From the IMG/VR virus record IMGVR_UViG_3300024243_000022, positions 1 to 56,719 of that record: a stretch of 56,719 nucleotides of DNA; one strand, written 5' to 3'. The position numbers and the translations under genes were made by a program. This DNA is from a virus (lineage: Duplodnaviria; Caudoviricetes). Positions within the stretch are counted from its first letter, which is position 1; the number at the start of each line of letters is the position of its first letter. Shown one piece after another: positions 1 to 8,474 of this stretch. The notes beneath the pieces are model-generated. The model worked only from the letters and a program-made list of their open reading frames with translations, did no database searches and was not told where the DNA came from.

Positions 1-13
1 ATGGGCGTAAACT

Positions 14-166
14 ATGGATGAATCTTTATATGATAAATGGGTAGAAGAAGAAATAGAAGATATGCAAACAGCATTATTACATCGTGGTGTTGATGGATTG
101 TTTTTTGAGTTTGAACGATGGGTTAAAGAAAATTATAACGTAACCCAAAAGGATAAAAAAATATGA
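14..166 (+). CDS. small acidic hypothetical protein (50 aa), paralogue of 48636..48779
   Basis: Read manually: MDESLYDKWVEEEIEDMQTALLHRGVDGLFFEFERWVKEN...; below ORF-track cutoff; stop overlaps next ATG (ATGA). Confidence 0.6.
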   Translation: MDESLYDKWVEEEIEDMQTALLHRGVDGLFFEFERWVKENYNVTQKDKKI

Positions 167-294
167 CAAGAGGTGGTCAAAGAAAAGGTGCAGGGCGAAA
201 GCCCTCACCTGACAAAAAGAAAGGCTATTCGACTAAGCTAAGATCATTGTGCAATGGGTTCAATAATAAACGTAGAACAATTGGACATATTTAG
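163..294 (+). CDS. small basic protein with RGGxRxGAGRKP DNA-binding-type motif
   Basis: MTRGGQRKGAGRKPSPDKKKGYSTKLR...; coupled to the upstream ORF. Confidence 0.5.
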   Translation: MTRGGQRKGAGRKPSPDKKKGYSTKLRSLCNGFNNKRRTIGHI

Positions 295-389
295 CGGCGT
301 TGCTGGAAAATCCAGCCAATAAGCCATTGCAGCAGGCTGCGCAAGCTTGCTGCTGAATTTAATATTATAAAAATTGCTTGGAGGTAAAA

Positions 390-614
390 ATGGAAAGATA
401 CAAAGTTGATGAGCGTGTGGGGTGTATCGCAATTCTTGACACTGATATACCAACACCCAGTAACGGTTTGCATAGTGATGACAGACACATCGTAAAATAC
501 TGGCAGGGTGTCAATCTTTATAAGTGTTACAATAATCAAACCATGTGGCATGTGCCTGTTTTCCTTCGTCGTAGGGCCAGGAAGCTTTGTTATGCTATGA
601 ACGCAATTTTATAA
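390..614 (+). CDS. hypothetical phage protein
   Basis: GGAGG SD before ATG 390; MERYKVDERVGCIAILDT... Confidence 0.6.
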   Translation: MERYKVDERVGCIAILDTDIPTPSNGLHSDDRHIVKYWQGVNLYKCYNNQTMWHVPVFLRRRARKLCYAMNAIL

Positions 615-669
615 TAAGCCGTTACACCTGATTGCTTCGCACAGGTGAACTTCTTATTGGACGGACTAA

Positions 670-855
670 ATGAATAATGAACCGTGGTGCAAAAAACATA
701 ATACCTTCTTATGGGACTGTGGATGCCCTGATCCAAGGGCCGTCCAATACTCAGATGCAACGAGTTTAAAGCCCTGCGCTCGTTCCTACCATAAGAAATG
801 GCAAAAAAAGGGTTTCGATTTCTGCTCAAAGTGTGGAAGGGCTTTAAATCGGTGA
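670..855 (+). CDS. small Cys-rich hypothetical protein
   Basis: ORF track; CKKH, CGC and CSKC motifs. Confidence 0.5.
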   Translation: MNNEPWCKKHNTFLWDCGCPDPRAVQYSDATSLKPCARSYHKKWQKKGFDFCSKCGRALNR

Positions 856-885
856 TCCCCGACATTATTTTTCTTGGAGGCTTCG

Positions 886-1071
886 ATGAAAATTGTAATT
901 CGTATAACCAGAACGAACAAGGCAGAGGCATACACCGAATACACATCAACCGGGGTAATGCCATCTATAAAAACCAAAACAACTTTTACCACTGTTGATA
1001 TTCCTGATGATGATGACCGATTCGTCTTCGACAGCGTTTCAGTAGAGGAGCGCAAAGTATGGATAAAATAA
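886..1071 (+). CDS. hypothetical protein
   Basis: GGAGG SD before ATG 886; overlaps next ORF. Confidence 0.55.
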   Translation: MKIVIRITRTNKAEAYTEYTSTGVMPSIKTKTTFTTVDIPDDDDRFVFDSVSVEERKVWIK

Positions 1072-1328
1072 CAGAGGATTTTTTAAAGCATAGCAATATT
1101 AAAACATCGCTAAAAGGTATGGACAACAACACAATATGTAAGATGATATTAACTCATGTATGGTGCAGCTTAGACAGTACCTCTATAGAAGCTGCTTTAT
1201 TAGGCGAAGCAATTCATAGGCTTAAAGAGGCTGATAAAAAATACGATTGTTCAGCATGGCATGAAGCCAATCAGGATAAAGACGATATATGCTGCTATTG
1301 TAATAAACCTCTTAACCCAGATTTTTAA
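1059..1328 (+). CDS. hypothetical protein with C-terminal Cys cluster
   Basis: ORF track; GAGGAG upstream; operon context. Confidence 0.6.
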   Translation: MDKITEDFLKHSNIKTSLKGMDNNTICKMILTHVWCSLDSTSIEAALLGEAIHRLKEADKKYDCSAWHEANQDKDDICCYCNKPLNPDF

Positions 1329-1346
1329 CCTTATTATATAGGAGGT

Positions 1347-1805
1347 ATGATGTACACTGACTATGAGTTTCTTGACAAGACAGCTTTTGTCAAGATGAAG
1401 CGTAATATTTCCAATTGGAATAAGACCGCAAGTATCATCTACAATACAACAGATCTTGATATAATAAGGCATGTGTTGTATGTTGAGAAGACTGTGTATT
1501 CACGTGAGTATAACAAGCAACGTATTTACATGCGGTTTAGTAGAGTTAGAAGTGATTGGGAAAAGCGGCATATGAGTCTGTTCCTCAAAGACGTGGAAGT
1601 TGAATCTACTTATCAAGATGTGCTTAAGAGTCAATACACATTGGCACACTATTTAAAGCATTGGCGTGTTAACATTAACAGAACTCTTGCGCTTCTTAAG
1701 ACTGAGTATGAAGGTCAACGCCGTCCTCATATAATGAAGGCCCTTCATAGCAGACTTAATAAGCTTAGGAAAAAACAGGATATGGTGAGCATGGATGGAA
1801 TCTGA
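1347..1805 (+). CDS. hypothetical protein
   Basis: 152-aa ORF, AGGAGG SD, overlaps VRR-NUC gene. Confidence 0.7.
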   Translation: MMYTDYEFLDKTAFVKMKRNISNWNKTASIIYNTTDLDIIRHVLYVEKTVYSREYNKQRIYMRFSRVRSDWEKRHMSLFLKDVEVESTYQDVLKSQYTLAHYLKHWRVNINRTLALLKTEYEGQRRPHIMKALHSRLNKLRKKQDMVSMDGI

Positions 1806-2094
1806 GAAAGATGTAGAAAGGTATTTAGTAGAACAAGTAGAGGCAATTGGAGGCTTATGCCGCAAGTACGTATCACCAGGTGTAAGAGGAGTTCCTGACC
1901 GCTTATGCTTTATGCCTGGTGCATTTCTTATGGCTGTCGAGTTAAAATCTGAGACTGAAGAACCAACAACGCAACAAGAACGCGAGCATACGCGTATAAG
2001 AAGCTGTGGGTTTAAAGTTTATGTAGTTGATACAAAGGTAAAAGTAGATAAACTCTTACGAGAATGGATATATGAATACGGACAAACAGATTAA
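1795..2094 (+). CDS. VRR-NUC domain nuclease
   Basis: EKDVE...GGLCRKYVSPGVRGVPDRL...VELK...Q..EH pattern of phage VRR-NUC (PD-(D/E)XK). Confidence 0.93.
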   Translation: MESEKDVERYLVEQVEAIGGLCRKYVSPGVRGVPDRLCFMPGAFLMAVELKSETEEPTTQQEREHTRIRSCGFKVYVVDTKVKVDKLLREWIYEYGQTD

Positions 2095-2105
2095 GGAGAT
2101 GAATA

Positions 2106-3269
2106 ATGAATCACATTGAAACATTCAAAGCTTTACGTGCAACACGAAGTCGTAATGAAAAAATTGACATACTCAAACAATCAGATGATATAACACAGTA
2201 CATACTAGCAGCTGCATATAATCCATTTCTACATTACTTCATTAATAAGAAGTTAGTGTACAAGCCAGAGGATATGATACTGTACACATTAGATAGCGCG
2301 CCAGGTTTTGCAAGAATACTAAGCCGACTTTCTACTAGGATATTATCTGGTCATGATGCCATCACAGCAGCTACACGATTTATGAATACTTTGCAAAAAG
2401 ATGACGCCGAGCTATTCATGCAGATTCTTAAAAAGGACCTTCGCTGTGGTATATCTGCAAAGACTATCAACGCTGCAATTCCAGGACTCATTCCTGAGTT
2501 TGGTGCTATGTTAGCGAAGAAGTGGGAAGAGAGTCGGTTCAACAAGAACTTAGTTATGTCACTCAAGTATGACGGCTTACGTGCCATATTTAAAGGAGGC
2601 AAGTTTTACTCTCGCAACGGTCATGAATTCCAAGGGCTACAACACCTCGAGCAAATCATACCCAAAGAATATTCATTTGACGGTGAGCTACTCATGCCAG
2701 GTGAACACTTTCAGGACTCATCAGGCAAGCTGCGTAGTGATGATCCTACTCCTGGAGCAGTCTACATGGTGTTTGACATACCTGAGAGTACCATGGAATT
2801 TACTCGACGCTATCAGCTATACAAAGATGTATGTGAGCAACTGGACAGTAGTTTTGTGAAGCCTGTTAAGCACATCAACGTACGAAGCCTAGGACATATA
2901 GACCGTACATTTGAGATGTCTCTCGACAAGAAGTATGAGGGCTTAGTCATCAAGACAAAGGGTCATCGGTATCAAACCAAAAGATCCTGGGACTGGATGA
3001 AGCTCAAGGCACAGAATGATGAAGACTTAGAAATTGTAGAGTATTATGAAGGCGAAGGAAAGTATGAAGGCATGCTAGGTGGTTTTATTGTGGACTATAA
3101 AGGAAAAGAAGTACGCGTAGGAAGTGGCTTCAGTGACGCAGAACGACACGATTTATGGTTTAGTAAACATAGCCAGATAGGTAATATTATTGAAGTAAAG
3201 TATCATGAGGTGACTCCAGATGGAAGCTTACGTCATCCTGTATTTGGCGGATTTAGATATGACAAGTAA
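2106..3269 (+). CDS. lig: ATP-dependent DNA ligase
   Basis: KYDGLR adenylation motif, FDGEL, VFDI, EGLVIK, WMKLK, OB-fold VGSGFSD...SLRHPVF. Confidence 0.96.
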   Translation: MNHIETFKALRATRSRNEKIDILKQSDDITQYILAAAYNPFLHYFINKKLVYKPEDMILYTLDSAPGFARILSRLSTRILSGHDAITAATRFMNTLQKDDAELFMQILKKDLRCGISAKTINAAIPGLIPEFGAMLAKKWEESRFNKNLVMSLKYDGLRAIFKGGKFYSRNGHEFQGLQHLEQIIPKEYSFDGELLMPGEHFQDSSGKLRSDDPTPGAVYMVFDIPESTMEFTRRYQLYKDVCEQLDSSFVKPVKHINVRSLGHIDRTFEMSLDKKYEGLVIKTKGHRYQTKRSWDWMKLKAQNDEDLEIVEYYEGEGKYEGMLGGFIVDYKGKEVRVGSGFSDAERHDLWFSKHSQIGNIIEVKYHEVTPDGSLRHPVFGGFRYDK

Positions 3270-3457
3270 TGGCATCTGACAACGAGCACAGTGATAAAGA
3301 CATCACAATAGCGAGGTGTCCTAGATGTGGAAGACTTCACAAAGTCTTTATCTTCTGGACTGGTCGAGGCAGGCCACGCATATACTGTGAATCATGTCTT
3401 GCTATACTGGCACAGAGAGATAACGTAAGATACCACGTACACTTAAAGGATGATTAA
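3269..3457 (+). CDS. small zinc-finger protein
   Basis: CPRC...YCESC; translationally coupled on both sides. Confidence 0.65.
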   Translation: MASDNEHSDKDITIARCPRCGRLHKVFIFWTGRGRPRIYCESCLAILAQRDNVRYHVHLKDD

Positions 3458-4822
3458 ATGACACTACCAAAGATGCATCCATACCAAACTAAAGCTTTGC
3501 AGTTTAGCTTAGTCAACCCTCAAACTTATCTGGCGTTAGATATGGGGCTCGGAAAAACTCGCATAGCTTTAGAATGGGCAAAACCAAAGTTAGACAAAGG
3601 AGTGCTTGTCATAGCTCCACTAAAAGCCATCTATACTACATGGCCAGATGAAATCGAGAAGTGGGAGTTTGGCTACTCGTACACTATACTTCATGACACT
3701 GAGAAGCTTGATAGGTTAGGGTTGAAACGTGACATGTACTTTCTTAACTTTGAAGGCATACAGTGGCTATTTGACTCTATGAAGCAGCTCTACAAGTTAA
3801 CCAAGAGAGTACCATTTAGATACATCATAATTGATGAAGGCTCAATGATCAAGAGCCCCAAGACTAAGCGGTTCAAGGTAATGCGTAAGCTCAGAGATAT
3901 ATTTCATGGAGCTACGATCTTGAGTGGCACACCTGCACCTCAATCTCTACTAAATCTCTGGTCACAGTATTTCTTTCTGGATGGTGGTGTTCGTCTAGGT
4001 AAGACGTATGGTAAATTTCAAGAGAAGTACTTCATGCCTCTGGACTATAAGCAGTTCACTTGGGGCATACAAAGTGAAGAGAAGAAGCAAGAGATATATG
4101 AGCGGATCAAGGACATCACGTATAGACTTGATGCAGGTGACTACATTAAGTTGCCACCTAGGATTGACAACATCATCAAGCTCAAGATGCCGCCTGAACA
4201 CATGGCGCAGTACAAGACACTCGAGAAGAAGTTCTTCCTGAAGCTGGAAGAGTCTGAGATTGAAGTATTTAACTCTGCAGCTCTGTCAATGAAGCTTCGG
4301 CAGTTTATACAAGGCGGAGTATACACAGATAAGAAAGGTACTTACGAGATAATCCACAAAGAGAAACTTGAGAAGCTTAAAGAGCTTGTTGAAGCTGCAA
4401 ATGGCCAGGGGATACTCTGTCCTATCCAATTTAAGTTTGAGCTTGAGATGATCAAGAAAGTGTGGCCCAAGGTACCTGCTCTAGTGGGTGGCATAGCAAT
4501 CAAGGAATCTGCTAAGCACATTAGGAATTGGAACAAAGGCAAGATTCCTCTACTGATATGCCATCCCAAGAGTGTAAGTCATGCTCTCAACCTGCAGACA
4601 GGATCACACTTAATTGTGTGGTACGGCTTGACCTGGAGCACAGAGCAATACTTACAACTTAACAAGCGTGTACATCGACAAGGACAGAAGAACACAGTCA
4701 TTGTACATCACTTAGTTATGCAGAATACTATCGACACGTCAATCATGAACGCACTTAAGGCTAACATTAAGACACAAGCGGAGTTATTAGACTTTATTAA
4801 AAACTATAGAGAGGAAGAATAA
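3458..4822 (+). CDS. SNF2-family (SF2) helicase
   Basis: DMGLGKT Walker A, IIDEGS, LSGTP, HALNLQ, QLNKRVHRQGQ. Confidence 0.95.
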   Translation: MTLPKMHPYQTKALQFSLVNPQTYLALDMGLGKTRIALEWAKPKLDKGVLVIAPLKAIYTTWPDEIEKWEFGYSYTILHDTEKLDRLGLKRDMYFLNFEGIQWLFDSMKQLYKLTKRVPFRYIIIDEGSMIKSPKTKRFKVMRKLRDIFHGATILSGTPAPQSLLNLWSQYFFLDGGVRLGKTYGKFQEKYFMPLDYKQFTWGIQSEEKKQEIYERIKDITYRLDAGDYIKLPPRIDNIIKLKMPPEHMAQYKTLEKKFFLKLEESEIEVFNSAALSMKLRQFIQGGVYTDKKGTYEIIHKEKLEKLKELVEAANGQGILCPIQFKFELEMIKKVWPKVPALVGGIAIKESAKHIRNWNKGKIPLLICHPKSVSHALNLQTGSHLIVWYGLTWSTEQYLQLNKRVHRQGQKNTVIVHHLVMQNTIDTSIMNALKANIKTQAELLDFIKNYREEE

Positions 4823-5049
4823 TGAAGCTCATTAAAGACTTAGATGAAGATATTGAGTATCTTGACCTGGAAGAAACAGATATAGATTGTCACGATATGC
4901 ATATACATAATTGTGATGGATACGGCGCCTATGATGTTCAAGTATTAGATTATATACTAACTTGGGCACAAGTCGACGTACTTAAGAACGGTATCGCCGA
5001 AGCTGAGAGATTATGGAGAAAAGATAATAAATCGGATAAAAGCGAGTAG
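4822..5049 (+). CDS. acidic hypothetical protein
   Basis: ORF coupled to helicase stop (TAATG). Confidence 0.65.
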   Translation: MKLIKDLDEDIEYLDLEETDIDCHDMHIHNCDGYGAYDVQVLDYILTWAQVDVLKNGIAEAERLWRKDNKSDKSE

Positions 5050-5182
5050 AAAAGATGAAAAATCATTTATCTCGGAGCCACCACTATAGCCAGAAACTCG
5101 TTTTCAGCTTTTCTGAGTATAGTAGATCGAGTAAATGAGAGATATGGAATTTGTGTATATTAACTAAAATAAGGAGAAACAC

Positions 5183-5404
5183 ATGGGAGATGAAATTAAA
5201 ATTAAAATTGACAATAAGTTGTATTCAGTGGAAGACGCTAAAGCAATTTTTCAAGCGTTAAAAGATGTTTTTGAACCTACACCAGCGCCAGTGCATATCT
5301 GGTATCCTGTAGCATACCCAGCATACCCAACATATCCTGACCCAATGAATCCGCTTCCAATTACATATAGTCCATCTACAGGAACATCAAATGGAAACAA
5401 CTAA
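5183..5404 (+). CDS. Pro-rich hypothetical protein
   Basis: AAGGAG SD; ORF track. Confidence 0.65.
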   Translation: MGDEIKIKIDNKLYSVEDAKAIFQALKDVFEPTPAPVHIWYPVAYPAYPTYPDPMNPLPITYSPSTGTSNGNN

Positions 5405-5819
5405 GCAAGCTTTATGGGATAAAAGGCACTTAGGCTTGGCAAGACATGTAGCAGGGTGGTCAAAGGACCCAAGAAAACGAGTTGGATCAGTGGTGACCAA
5501 AGATAATTACGTTAGAGGAGTCGGCTACAATGGCTTTCCCCGAGGCATAGCTGACACTAAGGCGAGACTTGCCGATCCTGCTATCAAGCTTGCTCTGATC
5601 ATACACGCTGAAGTGAATGCCTTAGCAGCGGCAGAGGACGGTGACTGCATATACGTGTACCCCTGTTTACCTTGTACACTGTGCCTCGGACAGATCATAC
5701 AACGCGGCATCAAGCGGATTGTGACCATGAAAAGCAAGCCTAAGACAAAGTGGTCACCCGACTTGGTACTATCACTGGCTGAAGAAGCTGACATGGAAGT
5801 TGTGATTATTAAAATATAA
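5391..5819 (+). CDS. dCMP deaminase
   Basis: WSKDP..VG, GYNGFPRG, HAEVNA and PCTLC zinc motifs. Confidence 0.95.
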   Translation: METTKQALWDKRHLGLARHVAGWSKDPRKRVGSVVTKDNYVRGVGYNGFPRGIADTKARLADPAIKLALIIHAEVNALAAAEDGDCIYVYPCLPCTLCLGQIIQRGIKRIVTMKSKPKTKWSPDLVLSLAEEADMEVVIIKI

Positions 5820-5828
5820 GGAGGTAAT

Positions 5829-5942
5829 ATGAGAGCTGCGTGGATACTAGTAATTATATTTTCGTGCATAGGGCTTGGTGTAACTACTGTCGGAATATTA
5901 TGGGTAGTTAGTAAAATATTACAACTAATACTAGGAGGTTAA
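5829..5942 (+). CDS. small membrane protein (37 aa)
   Basis: AAGGAGG SD; MRAAWILVIIFSCIGLGVTTVGILWVVSKILQLILGG. Confidence 0.55.
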   Translation: MRAAWILVIIFSCIGLGVTTVGILWVVSKILQLILGG

Positions 5943-5943
5943 A

Positions 5944-6125
5944 ATGGGTTATAAAAAGTTTTTTGAACGACATGGTGAGGATAACTTAATGTATCACGAC
6001 TACCCTGAGCATGGTCCAGGGGTATTAAAGTAGAGGATATGTACAAAGCTTTTAAAGAGCGGATACTTAATGAACATAACATAGTGCTGAAGTGGTACTT
6101 AGAAGGGCACGAGGAGGCTAAATGA
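5944..6125 (+). pseudogene. small ORF apparently frameshifted at GGGG 6019-6022
   Basis: AGGAGG SD and ATG 5944; removing one G joins it to a frame (IKVEDMYKAFKERILNE...) ending at TGA 6125, which overlaps the next ATG. Confidence 0.4.
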
Positions 6126-6316
6126 CTGAACTTAAGTACTTTGAAGAAAAAGCAACTGAGTGTCATTACGGTAAGCAAGGTATTGTTCTAGGCCGGATAT
6201 TTTCTCTTCGAAAGACTAAGAATACAATTGTAATCACAGAAGATGGCTATAAGCTACACTGTAATAGACAAGGTATCTCGACAAGAGATACTAGGCTATA
6301 CAGCATATTGGGATAA
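6122..6316 (+). CDS. hypothetical protein
   Basis: GAGGAGG SD; last gene of the plus arm. Confidence 0.5.
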   Translation: MTELKYFEEKATECHYGKQGIVLGRIFSLRKTKNTIVITEDGYKLHCNRQGISTRDTRLYSILG

Positions 6317-6357
6317 ACAAAGAGAAAAACAGGCTCCCAAGCAGCGGGAGAAGAGGA

Positions 6358-6588
6358 CTACTTGATCCGCCGGTTCTTCTCTTTGGCCATTACGGCAAGG
6401 TTACCGAGAGAGCTATTCTTGACATTACGATCTTTATGATGAACATCCTTGCCATCGCCTTTTCGGACCTTACCTTTTCGTGCCATCATACGACGTGCTT
6501 TGTTACGCAGAGCACGTCGTTTTATTTCTTTTTTCTTTCCGTGATATAATTCATATTCTCGCTTGTAGTTTCGTTTCTTAGGCATCAC
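6358..6588 (-). CDS. small basic HNH-type endonuclease-like protein
   Basis: RNYKREY...GDGKDVHHKD....N....NL.......NR pattern. Confidence 0.8.
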   Translation of the reverse strand: MMPKKRNYKREYELYHGKKKEIKRRALRNKARRMMARKGKVRKGDGKDVHHKDRNVKNSSLGNLAVMAKEKNRRIK

Positions 6589-7136
6589 GTCTCTCCTTGC
6601 TGAATGATAAATCCACCAGCAGCTTGAATTAAGTTAACACATAATGTAGGATGAACAGTCCAAGGTCTCACAGTACTCCACTTCAGTGCTTTGACGATAG
6701 GAGTAATAAGTTCCTCTGAGCAGAAAGTTTTCTCTGGGTCTTCTTTGATGAATTTGTATCTAAAGTTGACAATACCGGCCCAGTCGTATTCTTTCTTATC
6801 TTCACATGACTTAACATAATGCGCTAAGCAGTACTCCCAGTCAAGTCTTGACATATTAAGTGCCCATATCTCATAAGGTGTTCCTGAAGTGTGGTCGTGC
6901 ATGTCATTGTAGTCCATCCAGGATTTTATACGACCGCTATGCGGCCACTGCTCCATTAAGTTCATCTGATCAAGCTTTATCTTGGTTGCTCGTTCTTCGC
7001 CGATAAGAGTCTTGATATATAGACGTTCTGCGTCATCAATATAAACTGCGCTGTGTGAGTAAGGTCCTGTCTGATTCTGAATAACTTTTGATATAGTTGA
7101 TAATCCGTAGAAGTGTGCTGATTTCAGTGTGATCAT
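6585..7136 (-). CDS. permuted papain-like NlpC/P60 (YiiX/YebB-like) enzyme
   Basis: YSHSAVY (His) ... YDWAGI ... FCSELI (Cys) in permuted order. Confidence 0.8.
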   Translation of the reverse strand: MITLKSAHFYGLSTISKVIQNQTGPYSHSAVYIDDAERLYIKTLIGEERATKIKLDQMNLMEQWPHSGRIKSWMDYNDMHDHTSGTPYEIWALNMSRLDWEYCLAHYVKSCEDKKEYDWAGIVNFRYKFIKEDPEKTFCSEELITPIVKALKWSTVRPWTVHPTLCVNLIQAAGGFIIQQGET

Positions 7137-7291
7137 TTCTTAGCGTCCTTTACTTTATCAAATAAACTTAACAGCAGATCAAAGTCACCAGAATATGCTG
7201 CAGCAATAATAAGTGTTACTAATATTAATGTGATACAACCCATAGCCCATCTCTTTGTCGCTGGTTCCCAGTCTTTAATCCACTTAATCAT
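7133..7291 (-). CDS. small membrane protein (52 aa), possible lysis accessory
   Basis: Read manually: MIKWIKDWEPATKRWAMGCITLILVTLIIAAAYSG...; one TM segment; coupled to next gene. Confidence 0.55.
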   Translation of the reverse strand: MIKWIKDWEPATKRWAMGCITLILVTLIIAAAYSGDFDLLLSLFDKVKDAKK

Positions 7292-7293
7292 AA

Positions 7294-7740
7294 TTAACTC
7301 CGTTCTACATAGAAGGGATCACTAAATGCAGTCACAGTGACCTCTCTTAAAGGATTTACTTTATATACGCCTTCCCACTTAAACACATACTCCCCTGGTT
7401 CTGCTGAACTCGGAATCTTAAGTTTGACTTTCATTTTTCTCTTACCTACAGGTATATTTCCGTATATAGGAGAGTACGTAATAATGAAGTCGTTGATAAG
7501 CTGTTTGTTTATCACAGCCGCCAAGGGTAATTTTTTATCTACATCCATTTCATACACCAAGTATTGTCCAGGCTGTACAACTCGATCTGAGTTACAAATC
7601 TTTATATTGTTAACCACAAATGGATTATAGGGCCAGAATAGCCAGAAGGTTACAATACAATAGCCGCTGATAACAAGAGCTGAGATGCATCTGTGTCTCA
7701 GTAGTTTAAAACGTGATTTATCTGTTCTACGCTTATTCAT
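7294..7740 (-). CDS. membrane-anchored beta-rich hypothetical protein
   Basis: N-terminal TM helix followed by an Ig-like beta pattern (AEPGEYVF). Confidence 0.65.
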   Translation of the reverse strand: MNKRRTDKSRFKLLRHRCISALVISGYCIVTFWLFWPYNPFVVNNIKICNSDRVVQPGQYLVYEMDVDKKLPLAAVINKQLINDFIITYSPIYGNIPVGKRKMKVKLKIPSSAEPGEYVFKWEGVYKVNPLREVTVTAFSDPFYVERS

Positions 7741-7961
7741 GGTATAATTACCTCGCCTCCTGGTTTAGAGTGTTTATGTTTGAAGAGCTTCTTAAGAGTT
7801 TCAGTTCGCTCAACACAAGTATCAACTGTAACTTTACTGTTTAACCTCACCTCTATTTTATCCACGTCTTTATTAAGCTTGATCATCCAACTTTTGACAA
7901 AGAACCCAGATATTACAAATAGAAATGAAATCGCGCCCCATAGCATTTGTTCTTTCGTCAT
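7737..7961 (-). CDS. single-TM protein with coiled-coil tail (holin-like candidate)
   Basis: AAGGAG SD; TM near residues 6-24, then a charged helix. Confidence 0.55.
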   Translation of the reverse strand: MTKEQMLWGAISFLFVISGFFVKSWMIKLNKDVDKIEVRLNSKVTVDTCVERTETLKKLFKHKHSKPGGEVIIP

Positions 7962-8204
7962 ATAAAACTCCTTAATAAGTCTCTGTACTCAACGATAAGC
8001 CACCGAGCTGATAAACCAAATAGCCGGTATACCCAGGGATTGTTATTAGTATTCATACAGTACTAGTACACTATGTGAGGTTTCTTTGCACTGATAAAAT
8101 GAACGAAAAATATAATAATGCAACTCCTGACTAAAACAACACACCCATTCTCATCTTGGAGCTTCATACCGTCTGTTGTTCCACCGCTTATACCAACCAT
8201 TGTG

Positions 8205-8474
8205 TTACCTCAGTACCATCAAAACTAGATTTGGTGTACCAGCAGACGCTTTAGCGTAAAATATAGTCTCACCTTTAGCTTGTGCTATATCTATATTAAA
8301 AGTTTGATTTGCTAAAGTTAAGCCATTTACTGTACCTGCTGTAGTATCAGATATATAAAATGCTGTTCCGTCGTCTACCCAAAAACTAATTGACCCGCAG
8401 CTTTGTGAAGCACCTAGCGATATAGCAGTGTAGGTACTTGTGTTTAGCGCTGTTACGACCAGAGGTTGAATCAT
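8205..8474 (-). CDS. hypothetical beta-rich protein
   Basis: Coupled to the stop of the giant gene (ATGA). Confidence 0.65.
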   Translation of the reverse strand: MIQPLVVTALNTSTYTAISLGASQSCGSISFWVDDGTAFYISDTTAGTVNGLTLANQTFNIDIAQAKGETIFYAKASAGTPNLVLMVLR

